From: a virus
Reading direction: 5' to 3' (one strand)
Length of the DNA stretch: 64,000 nucleotides
IMG/VR virus record: IMGVR_UViG_3300042988_001121
Location: 1-64,000 of that record
Shown here: positions 19,443 to 28,614 of the stretch, piece after piece
Layout of the letters: the number at the start of each line of letters is the position of its first letter
Position numbering within the stretch: the first letter of the stretch is position 1
The notes under the pieces: model-generated
The model's database searches: none
What the model was told of the DNA's origin: nothing
Seen by the model: the letters and a program-made list of their open reading frames with translations, nothing else
Translations under genes and position numbers: made by a program

Positions 19443-20233
19443 TGCTAACAAAAGTTCCTTTCTATCATGCAGTAACAAGAAAACTTGTTGTGAGTTTTGG
19501 TGGTCTGTTTGGTAATATTTTTATTCAAACAAAGAACAAAGACAACAAGACAGAAAAAATTGTCAAGGTTCCTCTGGCTTATGCCAATAAGGACAAAGTT
19601 ATTGTTCGCCTGCAACAAGACCCCGGATTGCAAGAAGATGTTCAGATTCTTTTACCAAGAATGTCTTTTGAGATTGTTGGTATGTCTTATGATGCGTCAA
19701 GACAGTTGAATAAAATTCATCGAACAACTGCTATTACAAATACACGCAATGTTTTCATGTATGCACCAGTTCCATATAACGTCGAATTTAACCTCTATAC
19801 ATATACAAAGACAACAGAAGATAATTTGCAGATCATGGAGCAAATTATACCATACTTCACCCCTGACATGAATCTGACTATCAAGATGATGGCTGACCCA
19901 CCTTTGTCTCAAGATATTCCGTTGATTCTTAATTCAGTGAATACGGATGATGAATATGACGGTAGTTTTGAAGATAGGCGCTATATCATCACTACATACT
20001 CTTTTACTATGAAGGCGTACTATTACGGTCCTCTGTTGGGTTCACTTGATCCAGAGAAACATTTTGAAGATGGTAAGCAAGTCAATGTTATTAAGACAGT
20101 TCAGGCAACTGTTAATAACAACTTTAAATATTCTGCTGTAATCGATCCTATTTCTGCTAATGTCACTGACCCATATAACATCACCGAGTCATGGACAAGC
20201 ACACCACCAACCGTTGGAGGACAGACACTATGA
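19442..20233 (+). CDS. 15: Tail sheath stabilizer/terminator gp15
   Basis: FYH..TRK..V.FG.LF.NI, KVPLAYA.K.K, LPRMSFEI.G..YD..R.LNK, VPYN..F.L, EQI.PYF.P. Confidence 0.93.
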   Translation: MLTKVPFYHAVTRKLVVSFGGLFGNIFIQTKNKDNKTEKIVKVPLAYANKDKVIVRLQQDPGLQEDVQILLPRMSFEIVGMSYDASRQLNKIHRTTAITNTRNVFMYAPVPYNVEFNLYTYTKTTEDNLQIMEQIIPYFTPDMNLTIKMMADPPLSQDIPLILNSVNTDDEYDGSFEDRRYIITTYSFTMKAYYYGPLLGSLDPEKHFEDGKQVNVIKTVQATVNNNFKYSAVIDPISANVTDPYNITESWTSTPPTVGGQTL

Positions 20234-20661
20234 CCCCAAAATTAGATTCTGCTCTTGCATCGATATTTGATACAACTCTACAGGACACAGATAAATCTAT
20301 TGCTGAGATTAAGGCAGATGCTCAGGTAAGTGAAATTGACTCTCTTGAAAAACAAAGAGAATACGTCAAAGCAAACCTCGTGAAATTGATTGAGCGCGGA
20401 ATGCATGCTGTCAGTGACATGAACACGATTGCTAATAGCACAGAAAAGGCAAGAGACTTTGAAGTTCTGTCAGGAATGATCAAGACTCTTGTTGACACAA
20501 ATATTCAATTACTTGATGTTGAGGTTGCTCATAAACCGAAGCTAGATGTTAAGGCTGGTGGGCAGGAAGCAAACACAATTAACAATAATACTGTTTTTGT
20601 TGGCTCAACCAAGGATTTACAATCTTACTTAAAATCGCAAACTATTGATGAAATTAAATAG
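20230..20661 (+). CDS. 16: Terminase small subunit gp16
   Basis: EYVKANL..LIERG, ARDFEVLSGMIKTL, NNTVFVGST.DLQ..LK; start at ATG 20230. Confidence 0.88.
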   Translation: MTPKLDSALASIFDTTLQDTDKSIAEIKADAQVSEIDSLEKQREYVKANLVKLIERGMHAVSDMNTIANSTEKARDFEVLSGMIKTLVDTNIQLLDVEVAHKPKLDVKAGGQEANTINNNTVFVGSTKDLQSYLKSQTIDEIK

Positions 20662-20688
20662 TCTAGTTCACAAATAAACGATTGAGTC

Positions 20689-21885
20689 ATGACAAAAAAA
20701 CTTAGAGAACAATACTTCGCAAATGAAATTTTCAAGATAGGTGATATCGTTGAAGATTCAGAAACAGGCGCTCAACTAAAAATTATTGATCGCGGAAGCA
20801 ATTATATTACCGTTATTGCTGAAGGCGGAGAAGTGTCGAAGAAATGGCTCAACGCAGTTTCTATTGTTGCTGAAAAAGAAAAGGATACAGAACCTTCTAG
20901 TGAGTTCCGTATCACTGAGTCTGGTCAGATTGCAATGTTTGGTGGCGAGACAAAGAATTTTGATATTGACTTGTCTACATTTGTTCTTGAACAATTTACT
21001 GAGTTCGATGATTCGTATGCCAAACACCAGATAATTCAATTGCTGGATTTGGCTCTACAGGAATCTAACGAAGATACTCAATATGAGTTATTGGAAAAAG
21101 TTTCTGCTCTATATGACAAGAAAGACATTTGGTGTCCAATTGTTGTTGAAGGGCTGAAAAACGATGTTGAGAGAAAAAGAATTGCGGCAGTGATTGCTAG
21201 TGTGGCTAACATAAAGGTAACAGGTTCACCGTATAACACTGTATCGACAGCAATCAAAGTTCTTAAAACAAAATACAAGAAAAAAGAACAATGGGAAGCC
21301 TTGCTACCAATTTTCCGTGTCGCAAGAAAAGCCGGTCTAATGAGTACAACATCAAATCTTCCGTATGATCTGGATAATTCAAGATTATCAGAGGATTCAT
21401 TAGATGATATCCATGAATCAATCGAAACTCTGATATCAGAGAATGTAGATGAATTCATTGAGTCACTGGAAATTGATGATATTCAAGAAGCATTCGAGAC
21501 AGAATTTACCGAAACTATTTTGTCAGAAGAACAATTGAATGAAGTTTTGTCTCCGGCAATAAGATCAAAATTGGCAGCGAAGATGCGTCAACACGAGGCT
21601 CTGTTGCAAGTCAATCGAGCAAGGGCGCTAACTCGTGCCGCAACGACTTCTGTTCTTCAGGATCGTGCTCGTAAATTAGCAGAGACAATGCTGAAGCGCA
21701 AGATGTTCAAAAAAGATGCCAAGGATATGACTCGACAAGAAAAAGAACGGTTCGAGGCAGGCGCAGCAAGACGCAAAGCATTGGTTGCTAAATTGACACA
21801 GAAACTTATTGCTAAGGTCAGATTGCTTCAGGTCGCAAGAATGCATGCAGCGCATACTGCTGCTGATCAAACAGGTGCTGCATGA
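20689..21885 (+). CDS. Probable head-internal/late protein
   Basis: LREQY..NEIF.IGDIVE N-terminus; acidic LSE/ISE/LNE linker followed by a basic helical module. Confidence 0.5.
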   Translation: MTKKLREQYFANEIFKIGDIVEDSETGAQLKIIDRGSNYITVIAEGGEVSKKWLNAVSIVAEKEKDTEPSSEFRITESGQIAMFGGETKNFDIDLSTFVLEQFTEFDDSYAKHQIIQLLDLALQESNEDTQYELLEKVSALYDKKDIWCPIVVEGLKNDVERKRIAAVIASVANIKVTGSPYNTVSTAIKVLKTKYKKKEQWEALLPIFRVARKAGLMSTTSNLPYDLDNSRLSEDSLDDIHESIETLISENVDEFIESLEIDDIQEAFETEFTETILSEEQLNEVLSPAIRSKLAAKMRQHEALLQVNRARALTRAATTSVLQDRARKLAETMLKRKMFKKDAKDMTRQEKERFEAGAARRKALVAKLTQKLIAKVRLLQVARMHAAHTAADQTGAA

Positions 21886-22322
21886 TAGATCATCTTAAAG
21901 TAATGCTTGCTAACAACATTGAGGCAAGCAACATCGCATCAACATTACACTGGAATGTTACTGGTGTAAATTTTGAACAATATCATTCCTTTTACGGCGA
22001 TGTTTATGAAGCATTCTACTCTAAACAAGACCGTATTGCTGAATACGTAAGAATTATTTCCGGCGCAACAGAAAATGTCAGCGCCCTGACTTCTGTTACA
22101 AAATCAAATAAAACATTACCAGAAATAGTTCCTGTCAATGGCAACGACACGCCAAAGCAAATTAAACAGCTTATCACTGTTACCAATCATCTGATTGCGG
22201 ATAATAAAAAGTTGTTTAATCTTTCGCAAGAACAAAATGAACAGGGAGTCGCAAATTTTGCGGCTGACTGCCAAGATGAATTTGCCAAAATTCTCTGGAA
22301 ACTACAATCAATGATCCTCTGA
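21882..22322 (+). CDS. dps: Dps/ferritin-like protein
   Basis: LHWNVTG.NF..YH..Y...Y....D.IAE.VR ferroxidase motifs; C-terminal K..WKL.S. Confidence 0.88.
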   Translation: MIDHLKVMLANNIEASNIASTLHWNVTGVNFEQYHSFYGDVYEAFYSKQDRIAEYVRIISGATENVSALTSVTKSNKTLPEIVPVNGNDTPKQIKQLITVTNHLIADNKKLFNLSQEQNEQGVANFAADCQDEFAKILWKLQSMIL

Positions 22323-22330
22323 GGCTAAAA

Positions 22331-23251
22331 ATGGAAATCGACAAACTACATAAAATTATCAATCTACAAAAGCACGGAGACACAACAGTAGTGTCTATTG
22401 GCGGTCTGGTTGCACTTGAAATCACCGGCAAAGAAGGAAGTTTCTTTGCGCAGATCAATCCTGTGTTTGCTAAATTGGCATATGGCGCATCGAAAGTTTG
22501 GGTTGATGTGCCCCACCTCGGATTGTCAGAAACTCTGCCAGATGCAATTGCTGCTGGTCTTACTGCATTGCACGATAAAGGCGCTTTTTCTACAATGGTT
22601 GATCTACCAGATGATAGCACAACCATCAATGAATCTTCGTCCGATCTGATTGCAAGCTATATTCAGAAACGCAAAGAACAAATGAAGGGGCTGCAAAAAG
22701 ATATGCTGACTCCAAGAAATGTTCTTCCCGGCGATGCAAATGACGTTAAAGCAAAGGCTGCTGCCGCAAAGTGGGTTAAGCATGCCGCAAATGTTGCTAA
22801 GGCAGAAATCAAGAAGAACAAGAAAGATTATCAGAAAGAATTGTCAGAGGCAGAAATTATTGCTATTTCAGAAATTTTTTCTGACTGCGAAGAATTCGGG
22901 CTGAAGTGTGCTGATACTGTTCTGGAAGCAAATGAAATTGCCGAAGAAATGTTCAAGTATATCGCAGAAGGTCGCCGTAGCGATGGTAAGACAAAAGACG
23001 AATTGTTCGATGTAGTTAAGACCAACATCGAGGCAGGTCGCCGCGCAACACATGGAATGGATCGCAACGAGAAACTTCGTGCTATTCGTGCAGGCGTCTT
23101 TGATCATCCTGACTTCAAGGAACACAAACCTGTTGCTGGTCGCCCTACATTGGACAAAGCAATTAAAGATGATGAGAGTCGTGAAAACGAACCAAAGATT
23201 AAATCTTCCAAAGAATTGAATAACGTGTTTTCTATGTGGGCAGCAAAATGA
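22331..23251 (+). CDS. Hypothetical, probable head-internal protein
   Basis: Charged modules separated by INE/LSE/IAE motifs. Confidence 0.5.
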   Translation: MEIDKLHKIINLQKHGDTTVVSIGGLVALEITGKEGSFFAQINPVFAKLAYGASKVWVDVPHLGLSETLPDAIAAGLTALHDKGAFSTMVDLPDDSTTINESSSDLIASYIQKRKEQMKGLQKDMLTPRNVLPGDANDVKAKAAAAKWVKHAANVAKAEIKKNKKDYQKELSEAEIIAISEIFSDCEEFGLKCADTVLEANEIAEEMFKYIAEGRRSDGKTKDELFDVVKTNIEAGRRATHGMDRNEKLRAIRAGVFDHPDFKEHKPVAGRPTLDKAIKDDESRENEPKIKSSKELNNVFSMWAAK

Positions 23252-24471
23252 ACCAAGAACAAAAAGACAAAAGAGAAGAAATCGTCAAGGCTCTGAAAAA
23301 GAAAAAGAGCGACTTCGTTAAACGATATGGCGATGAAGCAGAAAACGTTATGTACGCAACAGCAACCAAACAAGCTCTGACAGAAATCTCAACAGAGAAG
23401 CTGGCGAAGTACAAAGAAGCTGCTGGTCAATCAGCAAGAGAAGCTGATAAGAAGGGTGATTACGAACTCGGCAACAAGCGTTTCCGTAATATCCTGAAAG
23501 CAACTCGCAAACAATTTGACAACGACAAGAAGCAAACTGTTATTGTACACGAATCTGCTGAAGTTTTGTTGACAGAAAATCTTGATGTATATGGTAAGTA
23601 TACACTGAGACAAGGTTCGGTTGTACGAGATATGCCAGAAGGTCATCCAAGCCATGTGGTTGCTCGTAAGAATAAATTGAGCCAGCTTAGTGTTAAAGCC
23701 GATGCAAGCGATGAGTCCAATGGGTATGGTACGACACATCGAATTTCTGTTCGCAATAATGAAACCGGCGAAACTAGCCATCATCACATCTATCAAAGTG
23801 GTGTGAGTAACAATCGCCCTGTGTTCTCAGTAAGATCAACGGGTAATTTGGATAACCCAAAGGCAAAAGAACATAATCAGGTTTTGATGGACTATCTTGC
23901 TGGCAAGAAAACTGATACCAAAGTTGTTCAAGAAGCATTCGCTATCAAAGACCCATCTGGTCATACCATTCATGTTTCAAAGACAGAAGAAAACGCAAGA
24001 GAAAAAGCAAAAGAGTTTTCCGTAAAGACAGGACAGGAACATTATATTCTTCCGATCAATGAAGCCAATAAGCACACTTTGATGACTCACTTGGCAAAAC
24101 AAAAAAAGATCGAACACGAAGATGAGGAAGCCATTGAGGAATCCTATAAGTCTTGTGTAGATAAGAATGGAAGAACAAAACTGAGCGCCGAGGCTGTTAT
24201 CAAGAAGGCAAGAGAAATTGCTGCACAGGATATTGTTGCAAATCCACCTAAAGCAAGAAAACTGACAGTAAATAGAGAGCATATGGATGCTGCGCGTAAA
24301 TTCTTCCTGCAAGAGCGTATTGATAAACCACAGGGCATTGAAGTTGGCGATCCAATTTCAAAGGACTCAAAAGAAGGAAATGGTCGAGTCAAAAAACAGA
24401 TGGGAAATAAAGCTCCTGTTGAAGCCATCGTTTCTCTGTTAACACACAAATTGAAGAAAGAAAAACTGTAA
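23236..24471 (+). CDS. Hypothetical, probable head-internal polyprotein
   Basis: KREEIVKALKKKKSDFVKRYG...MYATATK.A module; LTEISTEKLAKYK.AA module; repeated xxE linkers. Confidence 0.55.
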   Translation: MGSKMNQEQKDKREEIVKALKKKKSDFVKRYGDEAENVMYATATKQALTEISTEKLAKYKEAAGQSAREADKKGDYELGNKRFRNILKATRKQFDNDKKQTVIVHESAEVLLTENLDVYGKYTLRQGSVVRDMPEGHPSHVVARKNKLSQLSVKADASDESNGYGTTHRISVRNNETGETSHHHIYQSGVSNNRPVFSVRSTGNLDNPKAKEHNQVLMDYLAGKKTDTKVVQEAFAIKDPSGHTIHVSKTEENAREKAKEFSVKTGQEHYILPINEANKHTLMTHLAKQKKIEHEDEEAIEESYKSCVDKNGRTKLSAEAVIKKAREIAAQDIVANPPKARKLTVNREHMDAARKFFLQERIDKPQGIEVGDPISKDSKEGNGRVKKQMGNKAPVEAIVSLLTHKLKKEKL

Positions 24472-24773
24472 TGTCATTGCTTAAAACAAAACCATCATAT
24501 TGCCCAACTGCTGTTGCAACCTCGCGTGGTTGGGTAAATCCTGCTACCGGCGAAGTTCTGGTTGCTATTGGTAATCTGGACAAAATGCTTGCTGCCGAAG
24601 CGCCCGTACAAGTTTCTGCTCATGTATTAAACATTCCAGCAACCCCCGTAGAAGCCCCTAAAACGACTTCTGAGCCGACTTTGAAGGAAGTGCATACTCC
24701 TAGGCTCAAACGCAAGCAAAAGCTGTTAGGCGAGGTTGTAGAGGCTCCTAGCGATAATCTGTTGGCAGAATAA
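24471..24773 (+). CDS. Hypothetical late protein
   Basis: AT..GWV.P.TGE.LV motif shared with 25714-25983. Confidence 0.6.
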   Translation: MSLLKTKPSYCPTAVATSRGWVNPATGEVLVAIGNLDKMLAAEAPVQVSAHVLNIPATPVEAPKTTSEPTLKEVHTPRLKRKQKLLGEVVEAPSDNLLAE

Positions 24774-25162
24774 TGGCAGATACAAAATTATCACAGCTTC
24801 CGGTCGCAACAGCGGCTGCTCAGGCTGATCTGATTCCAATACTTTCTGGTGGTGCAAATAAATGTGTCACCAGAAGTGTTCTGTTCACTGATACTACATT
24901 GAATGGTTCACATAAAGTTTCTGTGTCTTCCCCTACATCACTGTCTATCCCTCTGAATACGGCAGTATGTAACCTTACTGCAACCGACACATATACTTTG
25001 GGGTTAGGATCAGAGAATCAGTTGCTGACGATCATATCGTCTGTTTCAGCAACTGTATCAGGAACCATCAATGCAACATTTTCTGCAAATGGTACTCTAC
25101 AACTATTATTCATTTCTGGTAGCTGGTTTGTATTGTCAGCAAGAAACGTCACATTAGCATGA
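24773..25162 (+). CDS. Hypothetical structural protein
   Basis: MAD.KLSQLP.AT N-terminus of phage virion proteins; beta-rich. Confidence 0.55.
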   Translation: MADTKLSQLPVATAAAQADLIPILSGGANKCVTRSVLFTDTTLNGSHKVSVSSPTSLSIPLNTAVCNLTATDTYTLGLGSENQLLTIISSVSATVSGTINATFSANGTLQLLFISGSWFVLSARNVTLA

Positions 25163-25509
25163 TCAGAACAGACTCAGAGTATCTTCAGTATGCATTAAAG
25201 AATTATGACAATCCTTTGATGCAAAGTGTCTCTGAGTTCGAGAATGATCTTAGGCGAGTCATCTATATCAATAACCTCTTGACACGGTATCGAAATGATT
25301 CCGATGATCTTAAAGACAGACTTCTTCTGAATCATATTGTTATTGTTGGCAATTGTTTTGGCGTTTCTTCTTCAATAGAAATGCTTTATTATAAAATCGA
25401 TTCAGAAAACATTAAATATCTTGAAACTGCTCTTTTCTATATTGGTTGGATACAAACAGCGAAGACAGAGCTTGATTTTGAACTTTTAAATAAATTTGAG
25501 CAATTATGA
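25159..25509 (+). CDS. Conserved T4-like hypothetical protein
   Basis: YA.KNYDNP...EF..DL.R..Y...LL.RY..RL.LNHI....N.FG pattern recognised from T4-like phages. Confidence 0.7.
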   Translation: MIRTDSEYLQYALKNYDNPLMQSVSEFENDLRRVIYINNLLTRYRNDSDDLKDRLLLNHIVIVGNCFGVSSSIEMLYYKIDSENIKYLETALFYIGWIQTAKTELDFELLNKFEQL

Positions 25510-25712
25510 TTAAAGAAGATGCTGTTCCGTTGAACGTCACCGCTGGTATAGAAGGACCAAAACTACCGATCAAAATCCAGAAAGTGGATTCCTCTGTTAT
25601 TAAGAGAGCAGCACTTTTGAAGAAGAAAAAGGTCGTCGCCGAAGAATTGAATATTATTGCGGATACACTTTTCTGTGAAGAAGATGGTACTGCACTTTTT
25701 CTGGAAGATTAA
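25506..25712 (+). CDS. Hypothetical small late protein
   Basis: MIKEDA.P.N.T.GI.GP; ATGA overlap. Confidence 0.55.
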   Translation: MIKEDAVPLNVTAGIEGPKLPIKIQKVDSSVIKRAALLKKKKVVAEELNIIADTLFCEEDGTALFLED

Positions 25713-25713
25713 A

Positions 25714-25983
25714 ATGAGTTTTCTTAATACGAAGCCAAGGAGTCATCCTTGGGCAATAGCAACTGAAAATGGATGGGTAGACCCAACTAACGGGACTCTG
25801 TTGGTTAATATACCTAATTTGAAATCAATTATAGAGGGTAAATTTATTAACTACGCTCCAATTGTAATTGAGCAACCGATAATTGATGTTAGCAGCACAC
25901 ATATTGAATTGGATGTGGTTGATGCAGTGATCGTTGAGGAAGAATTAAATAAACCTCCGCGAAATAAGAAGAAACATAAATAA
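25714..25983 (+). CDS. Hypothetical late protein
   Basis: P.A.AT.NGWVDP..G.LLV motif; start at ATG 25714. Confidence 0.6.
   Translation: MSFLNTKPRSHPWAIATENGWVDPTNGTLLVNIPNLKSIIEGKFINYAPIVIEQPIIDVSSTHIELDVVDAVIVEEELNKPPRNKKKHK
25975..25982 (+). promoter_or_regulatory. T4-type late promoter (CATAAATA) upstream of gene 18
   Basis: One mismatch to the T4 gp55 consensus TATAAATA; similar NNTAAATA boxes at 1329, 5919, 8974, 28026, 32548, 33465, 36497, 37921, 44547 and 50786, all at gene boundaries. Confidence 0.65.
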
Positions 25984-26031
25984 TAAAAGCGATCATAAGA
26001 TCAAACAATTTAATTAACACAAGGAGTCTTA

Positions 26032-28002
26032 ATGGCTACATTTATGCAATCCCCCGGAGTGCAAGTTATTGAAAAGAACGTTTCAGCAACTGTTCCCGGC
26101 GCATCTTCAACAATAGGCGCAACTGTTGGCGTATTCAATTGGGGTCCAGTGATGGTTCCACAAATGATCGGTACAGAATCTGAATTGGTTTCCGTTTTCG
26201 GTAAACCAAATGATGTTACTGCTCCATATTTCTTCTCGGCAGCAAACTTTCTGTCATATTCGAATGCAATGTACGTTGTTCGTGCTGATGCAAATGCAAA
26301 GAACGCTACTGCTGATGGTACTGGTTTGAAAATCAATAACCTCGAAGCATATCAGGCTGGTTTCGAAACTGGTCAAGGTAGTGTAGGATGTTGGGCTGCT
26401 CGTTATCCCGGTGCGTTGGGTAACAGTTTGGCAGTCTATGTGGTTGATTCCGGTACATGGTCAGCATTTACTACTGCCCATCCAGATTTGGCTGCTCAGT
26501 TCCGTGGCGCTCCCGGCACATCTGAATTTGCTCGTGCTAAGGCAGGTAGCAACACATTCAATGCATATGACGAATTGCATGTTCTGGTTGTTGATCGTGC
26601 TGGTTTGTTCACAGGTACTCCCGGTGCTACTCTGGAAAAATATGAATACCTGAGTAAAGCATCTGATGCATTGTCTTATCAAGGCACTAGCAACTATTAT
26701 GCTAACGTCATCACTAATAAGTCACAGTACATCTACTGGATGGATCATCCTACAGCACAATCTTTGGTTGTGACCGCTGGTTCTGTTTCTGGTTCGATTG
26801 CTACGCTGACATTCAGTGATCAGGGCGCTGCACCTTATGTTGTTGGCGGTAAAGTTGTTGTTGCTGGCATGACTCCTGCTGAATACAACGGCACATTCAC
26901 CGTCACTGCTGTTACATCGACTTCTGTTTCATATGCATCTACTGCAACCGGTGTTGCTACTGTTGTTGGCACTGTTACCGGTTCGTATCGTTGGGGTGAT
27001 GCAATGTTGGACGTTGCAACTGCTCAACCAACTGTGTTCGCTCAGTTGCAAGACTTGGCTGGTGGTTCTTACGACTATAAGTATACACTGACTGGCGGTA
27101 CTGACCCTGTGTTGGGTGTTGGTCTGGATTCTGCTCTGACAAACGGTTATGACCTGTTCCAAGACAGTCAGACATATGATATTTCTTTGGTCGTTACTGG
27201 TGGCGTGAATTCAACTGTCGGTAAGTATGTTGTTGACAACATCGCTGAAGTTCGCCGCGATTGTGTTGCTTTCTTGTCTATCGTTAAGGTAGCTGACGGT
27301 ACTATCATTACTGGCACAAGCGAAACTCGACTGACAGACGCCAAGGCATATAAGACTGCCATCGGTAATTCTACCTATGCTGTTATTGACTCCGGTTTCA
27401 AATATCAGTATGACAAATACAACGACAAGTATCGCTGGATTGCTCTGAACGCTGATGTTGCTGGTCTGTGTGCCCGTACTGATGCTGCATGGTTCTCTCC
27501 TGCTGGTTTGGCTAAAGGTCAGATCAAAGGTGCAATCAAGCTGGCATGGAATCCTAAACAATCTGAACGCGATATTCTGTATCCTGTTGCAATCAATCCA
27601 GTGGTGACATTCCCTGCTATTGGCACAGTTCTGTTTGGTGATCGTACCGCAACCACAGTGCCATCTGCATTTGACCGTATTAACGTGCGTCGTCTGTTCT
27701 TGGTTCTGGAAAAATCCATTGCAAATAGCGCGAAATATCAACTGTTTGAAATCAATGATATTGTGACTCGTACACAATTCATTTCTTCTGTTGAACCATT
27801 CTTGCGTGATGTACAGGGTCGCCGTGGCATCGAAGCATTCAAAGTGATTGCAGATGAAACAGTTAACACACCAACCGTTGTTGCTGCAAACGAATTCCGT
27901 GGAACTATTTTGGTCAAGCCAACATACTCGATCAATTATATCACACTGACATTCACTGCCGTTGGTCCAGAAGTTAGCTTCTCGGTAGCTGCTGGCGCTT
28001 AA
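26032..28002 (+). CDS. 18: Tail sheath protein gp18
   Basis: SPGVQVIEK, F.WGP, FFSAANFL.Y, ARYPG.LGNSL, WFSPAG..KG.IK, FDRINVRRLFL, KP..SINYITL.F.A. Confidence 0.97.
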   Translation: MATFMQSPGVQVIEKNVSATVPGASSTIGATVGVFNWGPVMVPQMIGTESELVSVFGKPNDVTAPYFFSAANFLSYSNAMYVVRADANAKNATADGTGLKINNLEAYQAGFETGQGSVGCWAARYPGALGNSLAVYVVDSGTWSAFTTAHPDLAAQFRGAPGTSEFARAKAGSNTFNAYDELHVLVVDRAGLFTGTPGATLEKYEYLSKASDALSYQGTSNYYANVITNKSQYIYWMDHPTAQSLVVTAGSVSGSIATLTFSDQGAAPYVVGGKVVVAGMTPAEYNGTFTVTAVTSTSVSYASTATGVATVVGTVTGSYRWGDAMLDVATAQPTVFAQLQDLAGGSYDYKYTLTGGTDPVLGVGLDSALTNGYDLFQDSQTYDISLVVTGGVNSTVGKYVVDNIAEVRRDCVAFLSIVKVADGTIITGTSETRLTDAKAYKTAIGNSTYAVIDSGFKYQYDKYNDKYRWIALNADVAGLCARTDAAWFSPAGLAKGQIKGAIKLAWNPKQSERDILYPVAINPVVTFPAIGTVLFGDRTATTVPSAFDRINVRRLFLVLEKSIANSAKYQLFEINDIVTRTQFISSVEPFLRDVQGRRGIEAFKVIADETVNTPTVVAANEFRGTILVKPTYSINYITLTFTAVGPEVSFSVAAGA

Positions 28003-28014
28003 TTAAAAAAGATC

Positions 28015-28045
28015 GGATGATGTGGGTTAAATATTCACATCATCC
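28015..28045. promoter_or_regulatory. 10-bp inverted repeat with a late-promoter-like box in its loop
   Basis: GGATGATGTG-ggTTAAATAtt-CACATCATCC between genes 18 and 19. Confidence 0.6.
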
Positions 28046-28068
28046 TAAAAGGATAAAAGGAAAAATAA

Positions 28069-28614
28069 ATGGCACGTATAGATGATTTTCGGGCAATGCT
28101 GGCACAGGGCGGTGCGCGTCCTTCGCAATTCCAAGTTTTGCTGAATTTCCCATCATGGGTAAATGCCGGTGAATCTACGACAAAAGGTATCTTCTTGGTC
28201 AAGGCAGCTTCTTTGCCTGCATCAACAATTTCTCCGATTGAAGTTGCTTACCGTGGTCGTATCACTAAAGTTGCGGGTGAACGTCAATTCGGTAATTGGA
28301 ACGTCACTGTTATCAATGATAATGACTTTACAATCCGCGATGCAATGGAACGCTGGAGTCAAGGTATTTTGGAGCATGGAGCAACTACTGGTCGTTTGGC
28401 TCAGTCGGACTATCAAACCGACATGTGGGTTCATCAGTTGGATCGCAACAATAATATCGTTAAGGAATATCGTTTCCACAACTGCCATCCACAGATCGTT
28501 TCTGAAATCGGGCTGGACTTCGGCAACACCAATCAGATCGAAGAATTCAACGTTGAATTCTCTGTCGATTACTGGACAGCAACCAATCCGCTGACCGGCA
28601 AAGCAATCGTCTAA
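28069..28614 (+). CDS. 19: Tail tube protein gp19
   Basis: GGARP..F.V, KAASLPASTI.PIEV.YRGR..KVAG.R.F..W.VTV.ND.DF, IEEF.V.F..DYW. Confidence 0.96.
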   Translation: MARIDDFRAMLAQGGARPSQFQVLLNFPSWVNAGESTTKGIFLVKAASLPASTISPIEVAYRGRITKVAGERQFGNWNVTVINDNDFTIRDAMERWSQGILEHGATTGRLAQSDYQTDMWVHQLDRNNNIVKEYRFHNCHPQIVSEIGLDFGNTNQIEEFNVEFSVDYWTATNPLTGKAIV

